DNA of 54,889 nt, from positions 1 through 54,889 of IMG/VR virus record IMGVR_UViG_3300009100_000013. The stretch is one strand, 5' to 3'. Positions 27,439-36,362 of this stretch are shown piece after piece (the stretch's first letter is position 1; each line of letters starts with the position of its first letter). Position numbers and translations under genes: made by a program. The DNA comes from a virus. Taxonomy: Duplodnaviria; Caudoviricetes. The notes beneath the pieces are model-generated. The model saw only the letters and a list, made by a program, of their open reading frames with translations, did no database searches and was not told the origin of the DNA.

Positions 27439-29278
27439 TGTTTTTCTTCCTTAAATTTAATGAACTTTGATTTTTAATTGTTTCTTTTATATAGCCGCCT
27501 CTAATATCAGCAAACGATTTGCCCTTTTCAAATTCTTCAAAAATTTCTTTGTCATGGAAATTGTCCAATTCACCATTTTTATGTATACCGTATGAAAAAT
27601 CAATTGAAGTACTAAAGGTAATCAACCCACTTCCTGATACTTGGTAATTATGAGTTATATTTTCTATATGTCCAACAATTTCTCCAAATTGAACATTGTC
27701 ACCAACACAAATAGGTTCTTGAATCCCGTAAGTTTGAATATTGCCAGAGTACTTTAGATGTTGATTTTCTAAGAAATCTACCAACAAAGCATTATAAGCG
27801 TTTAGAACAGCATCCTCTTGTTCGCCCAAAGAGCCACCGGATTGTTCGCGCTCTTCTGATGTGGTAAAAGCATCATCGGCAATAACAGCCTGGTATGCCT
27901 TTTGGCCATTTCTTCTGATATCCCCCGCATCTGCTGCCCATCCGCCATACATTACATTAAATGTAGCTATTGCAGCTGCATTGGAACTCGAGATTACTGG
28001 TTGCAAAGTAACCAATACGGTATTTAAACGCATTACGTCACTTTTGCTGATGTCATAAGACATTACAATATTTTGATCTATTTCAAATCTAGGTAAATCT
28101 AAAAATTTAGTAGTTTTTAATTTATCATTATTAATTTTAGAAAATGGTATTTGTCTACAGACTAATGTTGGAACAATATCCCCATCACCTTCTGGTTTTG
28201 GTCTTAATGTTCCATAAATTTCATTAATAATTGGATTCGAGTGTTCTTGTAAAATGCCTATAATTGTTGCATTCATGTTTGGGGACAGGCCAATAAGTCT
28301 TTTACCCCTCAATCTATAAGCTTCATTTGAATTAACGAAAATAGAACCTTCATCGCTGGTGCTAGCAGCAACAACATCAGGACCTAGTTTACCAGAATTA
28401 CCTGAGGAATACTGTTGAATGCCAACTATTAAAGATATCACATCTGCAAAGGTAAATAAACTATTTTTGTCTGTTTTTTCTTTTTGGCCCAATACTTTAG
28501 CCACTTCAGATGGGATATTGAAAGCATTTTTTACAGTGGAATTATAACTTCTAGATAATCCCTGATCTTCATCTACCTGCCCTGGCCCTAATCCTAATAA
28601 AACTTTATGAAAAAAAATAAATTGTTCTTGAACGCTTAAATTGTTTTTAATAATATCTAAATATTCAGCACCAATTTTTTTCATAAAATCATTGGTAAAC
28701 ATGATTTTGTCTTTATCGGTTTGATCTGCCGTTGTTAAAAAAGGAGAATAAACCACTTGAGATTGATATGGCATAAATCCAACGGCATTTAGATTATACC
28801 TGATGATTTTGGTACCGTTGCCAGAAACTCTGTAATTTTCTTGTATAGTTTGAACTTGGCCAAAAAATTTCAGACCGCTATTAAAATCATTAGCCGGTTT
28901 ATTTTTTTGCAAATTAGCTATAACGCGATTATAATCTTCATCAGAATTTATAATCCAAGCCATTACATAATCAGATGGACCACACAAAGCTAAATAATTA
29001 TAACTGTGCGGAGCTAGTACTGAACTTAACGTGTGAGCCAATCCTTGCTTGGATGTGTTCACATTTAATGACAATATATCATTGGTTAAAATCACAGGTT
29101 CTGAGGTACGTAACGTTAAAAAATTAGTTAAATCAGGTTTAACAGAATTTATAAATTTATAATTGATTAATTTAACTTTTTTATTTGTATATGGAAATAT
29201 GGCTATAATAGCTCTAGCCGAATGTTGCTCTGAATCAGAAGAATTAAATCCTATTTTTATATTCTGATAGGCGCCCAT
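27431..29278 (-). CDS. baseplate hub protein (gp27/gpD-like)
   Basis: Directly after the tape measure. KFFGQV, C-terminal SGNIQTYGIQEPICVGDNV...HIENITHNY...STSIDF. Confidence 0.65.
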   Translation of the reverse strand: MGAYQNIKIGFNSSDSEQHSARAIIAIFPYTNKKVKLINYKFINSVKPDLTNFLTLRTSEPVILTNDILSLNVNTSKQGLAHTLSSVLAPHSYNYLALCGPSDYVMAWIINSDEDYNRVIANLQKNKPANDFNSGLKFFGQVQTIQENYRVSGNGTKIIRYNLNAVGFMPYQSQVVYSPFLTTADQTDKDKIMFTNDFMKKIGAEYLDIIKNNLSVQEQFIFFHKVLLGLGPGQVDEDQGLSRSYNSTVKNAFNIPSEVAKVLGQKEKTDKNSLFTFADVISLIVGIQQYSSGNSGKLGPDVVAASTSDEGSIFVNSNEAYRLRGKRLIGLSPNMNATIIGILQEHSNPIINEIYGTLRPKPEGDGDIVPTLVCRQIPFSKINNDKLKTTKFLDLPRFEIDQNIVMSYDISKSDVMRLNTVLVTLQPVISSSNAAAIATFNVMYGGWAADAGDIRRNGQKAYQAVIADDAFTTSEEREQSGGSLGEQEDAVLNAYNALLVDFLENQHLKYSGNIQTYGIQEPICVGDNVQFGEIVGHIENITHNYQVSGSGLITFSTSIDFSYGIHKNGELDNFHDKEIFEEFEKGKSFADIRGGYIKETIKNQSSLNLRKKNNE

Positions 29279-29281
29279 TAT

Positions 29282-31753
29282 TTAGAACTTGCTCCAATCT
29301 ATTGTAATGGTGTCATCTTTTTTAGATGTCTTAGATGCAGGCTTTGAAGGCGTTGCCCCTCTTGCTCCTTGCGTTGGAGTTATTTGTTTAATTTGCTGAT
29401 TAAAATCGGCGTAAGCCCCGGTTGTTTTCTTCAAAGGATTGACGGCAAGATTTTTAGCCATTTCATCAGCAACCTGTCTTTCAATTCCGCCGCCTAAAAC
29501 AACCTTTTTAATATTATCTACTACTTTTTCAACAGTACCTGCGTCGGTCTTTTCGCCTTTGATAGCTTGAGTATTGGCCACAATGGCTCGAGTTAATTCT
29601 TGCATACTAACATTTAAATTAGCTTCATTATTGGCAATTTGTAAAAGCGGTTTGAATCTTGGATCATTAGGATCGGTTAAAATTTTGGCCGTTTCATAAG
29701 TCTCTTTTATAGCTCCAGAAAGAACCGTGGCCACTTCTTTTTGACCCAAAAGACTATCTCTAACACCTTCCATAGAACTATTTAATGTGGCTAAAGTTCT
29801 ATCTAAAGTTTTACCACTAACATCTTCTATGGCACCCTTTCCTTGCAAAACTTGACCGGCTTTTAAGTCAACCATTCTATCAGCTTGATCTTGAGTTAAA
29901 CCTCTGGAAACAACATATTCATTGGCCAATTGAGCTTTGGCCACCATGGCTTCTTGTCCACCTGCGCCTATTTTTTTTCTAAAAGCAGCCAAGCCCTCCT
30001 TGGTTGAAAGCGCTCCAAATCTACCGCTACCAGGTTTTTCCGCTCTAGTTACATCCAATTCGGCTTGCTCATCAAAGCCAGATAGGAATTCCTCTAATCG
30101 CCTTTTACCCTCTTCACCACCTCCACCGGCCTTTTCCAATATAGCTCTTTGACCCTCTGTGATTTGACCGGTGGTAGATGCTTTAGATAACGCAAAAACA
30201 TCGCTGGCTGACATTTGATTAATATCAATACCAGCTTTTGAAATTAATGACTTTACACCAATCATACGCATAGCTTGTAAAACAGGATTGTTGCCGCCAC
30301 CGCGCATACTCATTTCTGTTGCAACGGCCGTTTGGGCAGCCGCTATATCAGCGCGACCAACTTCTGCGGCCTTTTTACCGCCCAAAGCCGTTTCCATTAA
30401 TCTTTGAAAAGTGTCTAGATCTTGTGCACGGGCATGCCCTTGATTGGCTATTTGAATGGTTGCTCCAACCAAATCCTTGACTAAAGAGGTCTCCACACCT
30501 TTTTTAGTACCTTCCATCATAGCTTTTTTTAATTGTTCCATAACAGTGGTTTGTTTTGATAAGCCGGTCATTGCACCACCCAGCAAACCTCCTGTTTGCT
30601 CAACCGTAGCAAGACCCTGACGTTGCATTTTTAAAGCTGCGCCAATATCCAATCTTTCTTGACCCAATAAACCAGATTGTCCTACCATGCCCATGGCAGA
30701 TAGAATTTCACCCTCACCAAATCCTAGCCTACGACCTGTGCGCAAGCCCTGACAAATTCTACGCGTACCTACAGCCTCCATGGCGCCCATACGTCCACGG
30801 GCCTTACCCATACGCTCAGAGGCCAATTCTCTAACGAATGAAGTGGAAGCTAAACCTGCTTCCATATTTCTTTGATTCATTTCGGCTAAAGCGGCTTGTC
30901 TAGCTTCAGGCATTGCTAGCAAATCGGCATTATTGGCAACATTCATTCCTAAAGCGCCCAATGCGCCGGTCAATGCACCAGCAGGGCCTCCTACAGCCAT
31001 GCCACCCGCACCTCCAGCAATAACATCCCCAATTCCAGAAATTACTTTACCGGCGGCCATTCCTTTAAATTCACGGTCGGCCGCGTTAACACCACGGCCT
31101 AATTTACCAGAAGATGCTAAAATGCCCAGGTCCAAACCGCCCGATGTAAATCCAGAAAGGTAGGTATTTGTTAAACTATCCCTTTGAGCCTCGTAACCCA
31201 TCTTGCGACTTTCAAAGCCGCCGGCAAAATTTGCAATTGAAGAGCCTACCCTACCTGCCGTAGCCGAAATAGCCGCTACTTTTAATAAATCAAATGCAGA
31301 AACGCCTCCTAAAGTTTGCTTAGCTTCATCCCGACGCTGACCGTACTGTTGCATACGGCCCATGCCCTCTCTGGTATTTTTTATTACCATTTGGCGCTCA
31401 TGTTCTAAAGCTTTCTTTTGAGCATCGCTAGCATTTTCTATTTGAGTTGTAAGATCCTGGTATTTTTTGATATTGAGATCAAGCTGTTTGCTTTGATCTT
31501 TAAGCGCGTCATTCATAAGGCGCAGCTGTTTTCTGGCATCGTCCTTGACCATTGATCGCATCATTTTACTTAATGACGCATCAATTTGATTAATCAAAGG
31601 ATTAATCTTTTTCATTTCGCCGAACATACGGTTAGCATTTGTTTCAGCGAAAGCATCTTTGAAAGCTTTATTTAATTTTTTGAGAGCCGCTTCGGTTTGC
31701 GCGGTATTGACCTTAATATCGGCAGAAATCTGTATCTGTTTATTATTAGCCAT
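29282..31753 (-). CDS. tape measure protein
   Basis: 823 aa, helical A/G/M/Q-rich, N-terminal IQISADI, GGAGGMAVGGPAGALTGALG segment. Lies between the tail chaperones and the hub. Confidence 0.75.
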   Translation of the reverse strand: MANNKQIQISADIKVNTAQTEAALKKLNKAFKDAFAETNANRMFGEMKKINPLINQIDASLSKMMRSMVKDDARKQLRLMNDALKDQSKQLDLNIKKYQDLTTQIENASDAQKKALEHERQMVIKNTREGMGRMQQYGQRRDEAKQTLGGVSAFDLLKVAAISATAGRVGSSIANFAGGFESRKMGYEAQRDSLTNTYLSGFTSGGLDLGILASSGKLGRGVNAADREFKGMAAGKVISGIGDVIAGGAGGMAVGGPAGALTGALGALGMNVANNADLLAMPEARQAALAEMNQRNMEAGLASTSFVRELASERMGKARGRMGAMEAVGTRRICQGLRTGRRLGFGEGEILSAMGMVGQSGLLGQERLDIGAALKMQRQGLATVEQTGGLLGGAMTGLSKQTTVMEQLKKAMMEGTKKGVETSLVKDLVGATIQIANQGHARAQDLDTFQRLMETALGGKKAAEVGRADIAAAQTAVATEMSMRGGGNNPVLQAMRMIGVKSLISKAGIDINQMSASDVFALSKASTTGQITEGQRAILEKAGGGGEEGKRRLEEFLSGFDEQAELDVTRAEKPGSGRFGALSTKEGLAAFRKKIGAGGQEAMVAKAQLANEYVVSRGLTQDQADRMVDLKAGQVLQGKGAIEDVSGKTLDRTLATLNSSMEGVRDSLLGQKEVATVLSGAIKETYETAKILTDPNDPRFKPLLQIANNEANLNVSMQELTRAIVANTQAIKGEKTDAGTVEKVVDNIKKVVLGGGIERQVADEMAKNLAVNPLKKTTGAYADFNQQIKQITPTQGARGATPSKPASKTSKKDDTITIDWSKF

Positions 31754-32431
31754 TTATGCGGCCTCTTTTTGTATAGTTAAAACACCTAAAATTATTAGTT
31801 TTGCAATATACTCTTGCTTTTCTCTCGTATAATCTTTTTTATTAGCTCCGCTTTTAATGATATTTTCTGATTCCCACATTGGTTGCAAATTTCTATAATT
31901 AAAACAAGCTCTTTGTTCTTCGGGATTGGTCAAATCAAATGCCGTACATGGTATTATATGATCAATGTGCCAGCCACCTTTACCATAATTATACCAAGTC
32001 ATATCTAATTGAAATAGTGACTCCAAATACCTAGCTGCAAAATCAGCAGTGCAGCCTAACAATTCTATTGTTTTGTACGCCTTACTGCCATATTGTAATT
32101 TTATTGCCATTCCAATTCTAGATCTGAGTGTAATGTTTATTCGGTACACAGGATCTTCTTTTGAACGCTTTTTTGCATACTCAGTAGTATATGTTGGATT
32201 ATTTTTACGCCATCTTTTATTTTGTATCCTTTTTTTATCAGACCGCTTGTATCTTTCTTTACTTTTCTCTTTATGATGTTCGGAATTGTCTTCATACCAT
32301 TTTTTGCTAATCACTCTACGACATATTTTACAAACAGAATCTTTATAGGATCTCTTTTTATCTTTAAAGGCAAATTCTTCACTACTTTTCTCAATTTTAC
32401 ATGCATTACATATTTTTGTTAATTTTTCCAT
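31754..32431 (-). CDS. free-standing HNH homing endonuclease
   Basis: N-terminal CxxC...CxxC, then MTWYNYG..WHIDHIIPC...CFNYRNLQPMW..EN..KS. Confidence 0.9.
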   Translation of the reverse strand: MEKLTKICNACKIEKSSEEFAFKDKKRSYKDSVCKICRRVISKKWYEDNSEHHKEKSKERYKRSDKKRIQNKRWRKNNPTYTTEYAKKRSKEDPVYRINITLRSRIGMAIKLQYGSKAYKTIELLGCTADFAARYLESLFQLDMTWYNYGKGGWHIDHIIPCTAFDLTNPEEQRACFNYRNLQPMWESENIIKSGANKKDYTREKQEYIAKLIILGVLTIQKEAA

Positions 32432-32432
32432 T

Positions 32433-32804
32433 TTAAAACTCTATATCAAATTCCTCTAAAGGTTCAGATTGTGTGGCTTTTTTATTCTCTTCGTCCAATT
32501 TTCTCTGTTCTTTTGCCAACTCTTCTTTCACCCAATCATCATCATCTTCTTCTTTTTCTTGAATTTTATCAGGATATAGTAATTGATTTTTATACTTTAA
32601 AAAATCATCATCAGATAGGTTGGCTATGAATGATTCATACCTGTGTAATAATATATGGTGAAGGTCCATTTTTTCTACCTCAGGGAGCGGTATATGAAAT
32701 TCTTTGGAATACCATCTACAAAGCTTCCTCATTTCTGAGGCAAAATCGGGCTTTTCACGACTTTTTAAAGCCAATATTTCAATTGCTTTAAAATCATCTA
32801 GCAT
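32433..32804 (-). CDS. putative tail assembly chaperone (second, GT-like)
   Basis: LCRWYSKEFHIP motif and acidic tail. Lies between the first chaperone and the tape measure. Confidence 0.55.
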   Translation of the reverse strand: MLDDFKAIEILALKSREKPDFASEMRKLCRWYSKEFHIPLPEVEKMDLHHILLHRYESFIANLSDDDFLKYKNQLLYPDKIQEKEEDDDDWVKEELAKEQRKLDEENKKATQSEPLEEFDIEF

Positions 32805-32806
32805 GT

Positions 32807-33199
32807 TTAACCAGAGGTTTTCATCTCTGCCATGGCATCATTAGCTTTTTTGGTCAATTCTTCTCGGTATTTCTCTTCAACTTCAATGACTTTCTTGAAT
32901 AATTCGACTAAAACATTGCCATCAACCATGTCTGCTAAATAATTACTTTCAACAACCCATGTAGGACATTTGGATACCCTATGTTTTATTTGAGATATCA
33001 TGGCGGCTATGGAGCGTATTTCTTCAGGAACAGTAGCTTCATCTTGGGGATTGCCCATAAATCGCCGTCTATCAATATCTACAGCAGCCATGCTACTAAA
33101 GCTTAAAATAGGCTTCACCGTGAAGTCACCGGCCCAAGTTTGTCTGGAAGTTTCGCCAAGGCAATTGAATGTAAAAGTAACTGGCTCACCTATCATCAT
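32807..33199 (-). CDS. putative tail assembly chaperone (G-like)
   Basis: 130 aa, GDFTVK...CPTW. Upstream of the tape measure, with SD AGGAG. Confidence 0.55.
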   Translation of the reverse strand: MMIGEPVTFTFNCLGETSRQTWAGDFTVKPILSFSSMAAVDIDRRRFMGNPQDEATVPEEIRSIAAMISQIKHRVSKCPTWVVESNYLADMVDGNVLVELFKKVIEVEEKYREELTKKANDAMAEMKTSG

Positions 33200-33275
33200 G
33201 GATGAATTCTCCTAAGGGGTTATTTAGTTTTAGATGATTAAATGAGGGAAAGGATGCTAATTGATCGAAGAAAAA

Positions 33276-34127
33276 TTAGAAGCTGTAGCGCATGCGTAGT
33301 TGTACCTGGTACTGGGTTGTGACGTTAACCGCACCTGAAGCGGCTGGAACACTGGCCCGAATGGCTAACATATCGCCATTGACAAAGGTGCTTTCAGTTA
33401 CCTTGATCAAGCGAATCGTACTCACATCACCTGCTATCGCAACACCCGCGGCAACGTTAGCTGGATTTGTAACTGCATTGAGCTTAGTAGCTGTTAATGA
33501 ACTTGTGCTAGCAGAGGTAATCAAATATGTACCAACATTAGCCGCATTGGAACCAAGGAATTGACTTGGGGTATTTTGGATGATAATATAATCACCAACG
33601 TTTGGCTGAGTTACCCAGGTAGCAGTCACTGTGGCACAATTTAAATTCAAAACAGAAGCTACCGCTGTAATTGAATATGTGGTGGTTGTCAAAAGAACGT
33701 TGTTGCTACCCGTTGGCATGCGTAGTTGTGTGCTAGCAGTAACACCGGTAAGGGTTGGAACAGCTAGATTCAGAGCCGTAGCAGTGTTGTTTAACCGGTA
33801 TAATGAGAAATTGTAACTTGAAGCAGTGGTGCTGGTATTTGAAATACCATTTGGCACCATTAAATTCATTGAAACAACTTGCCCACCGGTTGGCGCAACA
33901 ATAAGAGGAACATCGATGCTTACTGCGGTGCCGCTAGGAGCTGGCAAGGTAAAAGCGGTGTAACAAAGCTCATCGCGATAAACATCGTCAAGAACTTTAC
34001 CATTCGCAAGCATGGTTCCTAAAGTCAAATCACTTGCTGTAGAACCGTCTACTTGACCATTTGACCAATTTGCTTGAGTTTTACTCCACGCGTCAAGAAG
34101 GTCTTTTTGTTTTTGATTCAATGCCAT
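33276..34127 (-). CDS. virion structural/decoration protein
   Basis: T/S/A/V-rich beta protein carrying the shared GD...N.G.Y.IT module. Strong SD GGGAG. Confidence 0.55.
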   Translation of the reverse strand: MALNQKQKDLLDAWSKTQANWSNGQVDGSTASDLTLGTMLANGKVLDDVYRDELCYTAFTLPAPSGTAVSIDVPLIVAPTGGQVVSMNLMVPNGISNTSTTASSYNFSLYRLNNTATALNLAVPTLTGVTASTQLRMPTGSNNVLLTTTTYSITAVASVLNLNCATVTATWVTQPNVGDYIIIQNTPSQFLGSNAANVGTYLITSASTSSLTATKLNAVTNPANVAAGVAIAGDVSTIRLIKVTESTFVNGDMLAIRASVPAASGAVNVTTQYQVQLRMRYSF

Positions 34128-34153
34128 TTTTTATATCTCCCTAGGATTACTCA

Positions 34154-34161
34154 AGTTTAAG
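34154..34161 (-). promoter_or_regulatory. candidate late promoter CTTAAACT
   Basis: Intergenic, upstream of the SD of the 283-aa gene. Confidence 0.6.
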
Positions 34162-34166
34162 TCTCT

Positions 34167-34451
34167 TTAAGTTTCTTTTTTGGTTTCTTGCGTCATAGAA
34201 ACGTTCTTTTTTTGAAAATTTCTACCAAAATAAAGCGCTGAACAGGCCATAAATAATTCAAAAGAATGATCAAAACTAATAAATTTAAATAATTCAAATG
34301 ATGCTAATATACAGATAAGGAAACTGATGATAACCATTGTAAAGGTTACGCTGGATTCATTATGCCTTGGATTTCTAAGTAATGGAATTGGAATGCCTTT
34401 ATTAGACATCCAATTTACTAAAAGTTTCCATTTATCCAAAAATACTTGCAT
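34167..34451 (-). CDS. small two-TM membrane protein (holin/antiholin-like)
   Basis: Two hydrophobic segments (VTFTMVIISFLICILASF and FELFMACSALYFG) and a basic tail. Adjacent to a holin. Confidence 0.5.
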   Translation of the reverse strand: MQVFLDKWKLLVNWMSNKGIPIPLLRNPRHNESSVTFTMVIISFLICILASFELFKFISFDHSFELFMACSALYFGRNFQKKNVSMTQETKKET

Positions 34452-34457
34452 ATATGA

Positions 34458-34465
34458 AGTTTAAG
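34458..34465 (-). promoter_or_regulatory. candidate late promoter CTTAAACT, leaderless
   Basis: Exactly 6 nt before the ATG at 34451. Confidence 0.65.
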
Positions 34466-34469
34466 CTTA

Positions 34470-34937
34470 TTATTTGCTTTTACGCTTCCTATTCTGTTGT
34501 TTTAATTTATTTAAAAATTTACCACTATCTGAATTTTTATTAATTCTATTAAATATAAAATCCAGAATATCTATTCCGCTTATTCTCTTAATATTTTCTA
34601 ATATAGAGATACCCTCTACTATACTAATGAAACTCATTGCACCTTTTATAATGGGCGTATCTGTAAATATGAATATTTCCAAAACTAGTGAGAAAATTAA
34701 TAAAAATTCATATATAAAAATTTTACCCAAAGTTCTTCTTAGTGCCCGAGATGAAAAATTATCGCCCTCTTTTAAAGAGGCCCAAGTACCAAAAAAAACA
34801 TCAGAAAATATTAAGAATAGTATTATCCACATGGATATCTTAATTGGGGCTAAAAATAGGGCTAGCCAAACAAAACACTCTATTGCAATAGAATGCACTG
34901 AAATAGTAGAAAAATTACTAAATAATGCCTTAATCAT
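34470..34937 (-). CDS. phage holin (Phage_holin_4_1/TcdE-like)
   Basis: Several TM segments, D...G.WAS, SSRALRRTLGK, EGISILENI, basic C-terminus. Confidence 0.8.
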   Translation of the reverse strand: MIKALFSNFSTISVHSIAIECFVWLALFLAPIKISMWIILFLIFSDVFFGTWASLKEGDNFSSRALRRTLGKIFIYEFLLIFSLVLEIFIFTDTPIIKGAMSFISIVEGISILENIKRISGIDILDFIFNRINKNSDSGKFLNKLKQQNRKRKSK

Positions 34938-35548
34938 TATCGTTTAGCTGTTTCGTCTAGAAAAGTTTTAATCACTGAAATTGGAATTATTACCGCATAA
35001 TTCTGAGAATTAACTTCTAATCTCTTATTTTCCATTTCTATAGTAGAAAACCAAGTTATTGCTGAAACGATGCCAACCAAATTGTTATGATCGTCCAACA
35101 CAGCCCCTCCACTGTTACCGTACCAGATTTTGATGTCTGAATACATTTTGGTAACACCTCTTCTGGAAAAATAACCAGAAACTATACCCTTAGTAACTAA
35201 AAAACATCGTCCAGCAGGGCATCCAACCGCGTAGATATCAGAAGCTGGAGGTGGATTTTCTGGGGCTAAAGTTACCGGTTCTATGGGACAATCTTGTAAA
35301 TATTCAATTAAAGCCAAATCAACACTTGGCAACATGTTAAGAACTTTTGCCGGAATCTTCCTACCGCCACAACTGGCTGTTAAGGTGGTAGCGCCATCAA
35401 CTACATGGGCAGCGGTAAGAACCTTGTTTTTTGCAATTATTACACCAGAACCAACCGAGTTACCTTCACTTGATTCTGTCCTAATTTCAATTAAGGAGTG
35501 TGGCTGTATGCCTATATTCGTAATAAAAAGAAAAATAGGCAATATCAT
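34937..35548 (-). CDS. trypsin-like (S1/HtrA-type) serine protease with N-terminal signal/anchor, no PDZ domain
   Basis: GSGVII..VLTAAHVV (His), DLALI (Asp), GNSGGAV (Ser), LVGI. Confidence 0.9.
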   Translation of the reverse strand: MILPIFLFITNIGIQPHSLIEIRTESSEGNSVGSGVIIAKNKVLTAAHVVDGATTLTASCGGRKIPAKVLNMLPSVDLALIEYLQDCPIEPVTLAPENPPPASDIYAVGCPAGRCFLVTKGIVSGYFSRRGVTKMYSDIKIWYGNSGGAVLDDHNNLVGIVSAITWFSTIEMENKRLEVNSQNYAVIIPISVIKTFLDETAKR

Positions 35549-35568
35549 GTAAAACTCCCAATATTTTT

Positions 35569-35576
35569 AGATTAAG
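35569..35576 (-). promoter_or_regulatory. candidate late promoter CTTAATCT (protease-holin unit)
   Basis: Intergenic, upstream of the SD GGGAG of the protease. Confidence 0.6.
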
Positions 35577-36152
35577 TTAAGTCGGGTCAATTTCTACATC
35601 GGTTCTTTCACTTCCATCCATAGAAGCGACAACTCTATTTTTTGTATCAGCCCAGTCCCTAAACGTAACCGTAGCTAGTCCGCCGCCCAAACTTGTAATG
35701 CTTGTTTTACCAGTTTGTATTGATAGCATAAGCCTTAAAACATCCTTCATGGTCAAAGGACCTTCTATATTTTCATCAATTGGATTAATGGAATTTTCAG
35801 AAACGACTAGGCCCGAGCTGTTTTGGGTTCTAATTGATACTTGATTAACATTGGTTACATCAGCGATGTTGCTATTAGCCCCAACTAAATTAACGGCATA
35901 CTGACCATTTTCAAAGGTAACTGTATAACCATTTATAATTTCAATAACTCTAGCCAAAATGGTACCACCAACCGTTACTTCCGTGTTATGATTATGGGTC
36001 CTTAAAAACGGCATTCCGGCTTCATCGTCTTCCAAATCTTTTAAAGTCAATCTGAAGGTGTTGATATTTAATTCATAAACATTTCCGCCAAGATTGGTCA
36101 AATCTGCTTGTGGCACGAAAATTACTTTGGTAGCCCAATTAATTGAAATCAT
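35577..36152 (-). CDS. hypothetical virion-associated protein
   Basis: 191 aa, coupled in the structural block. Confidence 0.6.
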   Translation of the reverse strand: MISINWATKVIFVPQADLTNLGGNVYELNINTFRLTLKDLEDDEAGMPFLRTHNHNTEVTVGGTILARVIEIINGYTVTFENGQYAVNLVGANSNIADVTNVNQVSIRTQNSSGLVVSENSINPIDENIEGPLTMKDVLRLMLSIQTGKTSITSLGGGLATVTFRDWADTKNRVVASMDGSERTDVEIDPT

Positions 36153-36355
36153 TATTTAACCGTAGAACCTTTGCCAATTGATTGTGATAATATAAGATTA
36201 ACGCGATTTTCCAAGGAATTCATTCTTTCCATTAATGAAGCTAGAGTAGCGTTAGTTTTTTCCATTTTTATAGTAAAATCATAACACTTAGCCTGTAAAT
36301 CTGTCATCATTTGATGTAGAGATTCCAGATTACGTTTGTTTAATTCATTATTCAT
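36152..36355 (-). CDS. small coiled-coil protein
   Basis: Likely ATG at 36355 with SD AAGGA. Heptad-rich. Confidence 0.55.
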   Translation of the reverse strand: MNNELNKRNLESLHQMMTDLQAKCYDFTIKMEKTNATLASLMERMNSLENRVNLILSQSIGKGSTVK

Positions 36356-36362
36356 ATAGTCC

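Noticed and set aside
32790-32860. Programmed -1 frameshift between the two tail chaperone genes
   Set aside because: The second ORF is in the -1 frame, but AAAAAAG is out of register (ACC AAA AAA GCT) and is followed by -1 frame stops. No canonical slippery heptamer lies in the short remaining overlap, and the second gene has its own ATG.
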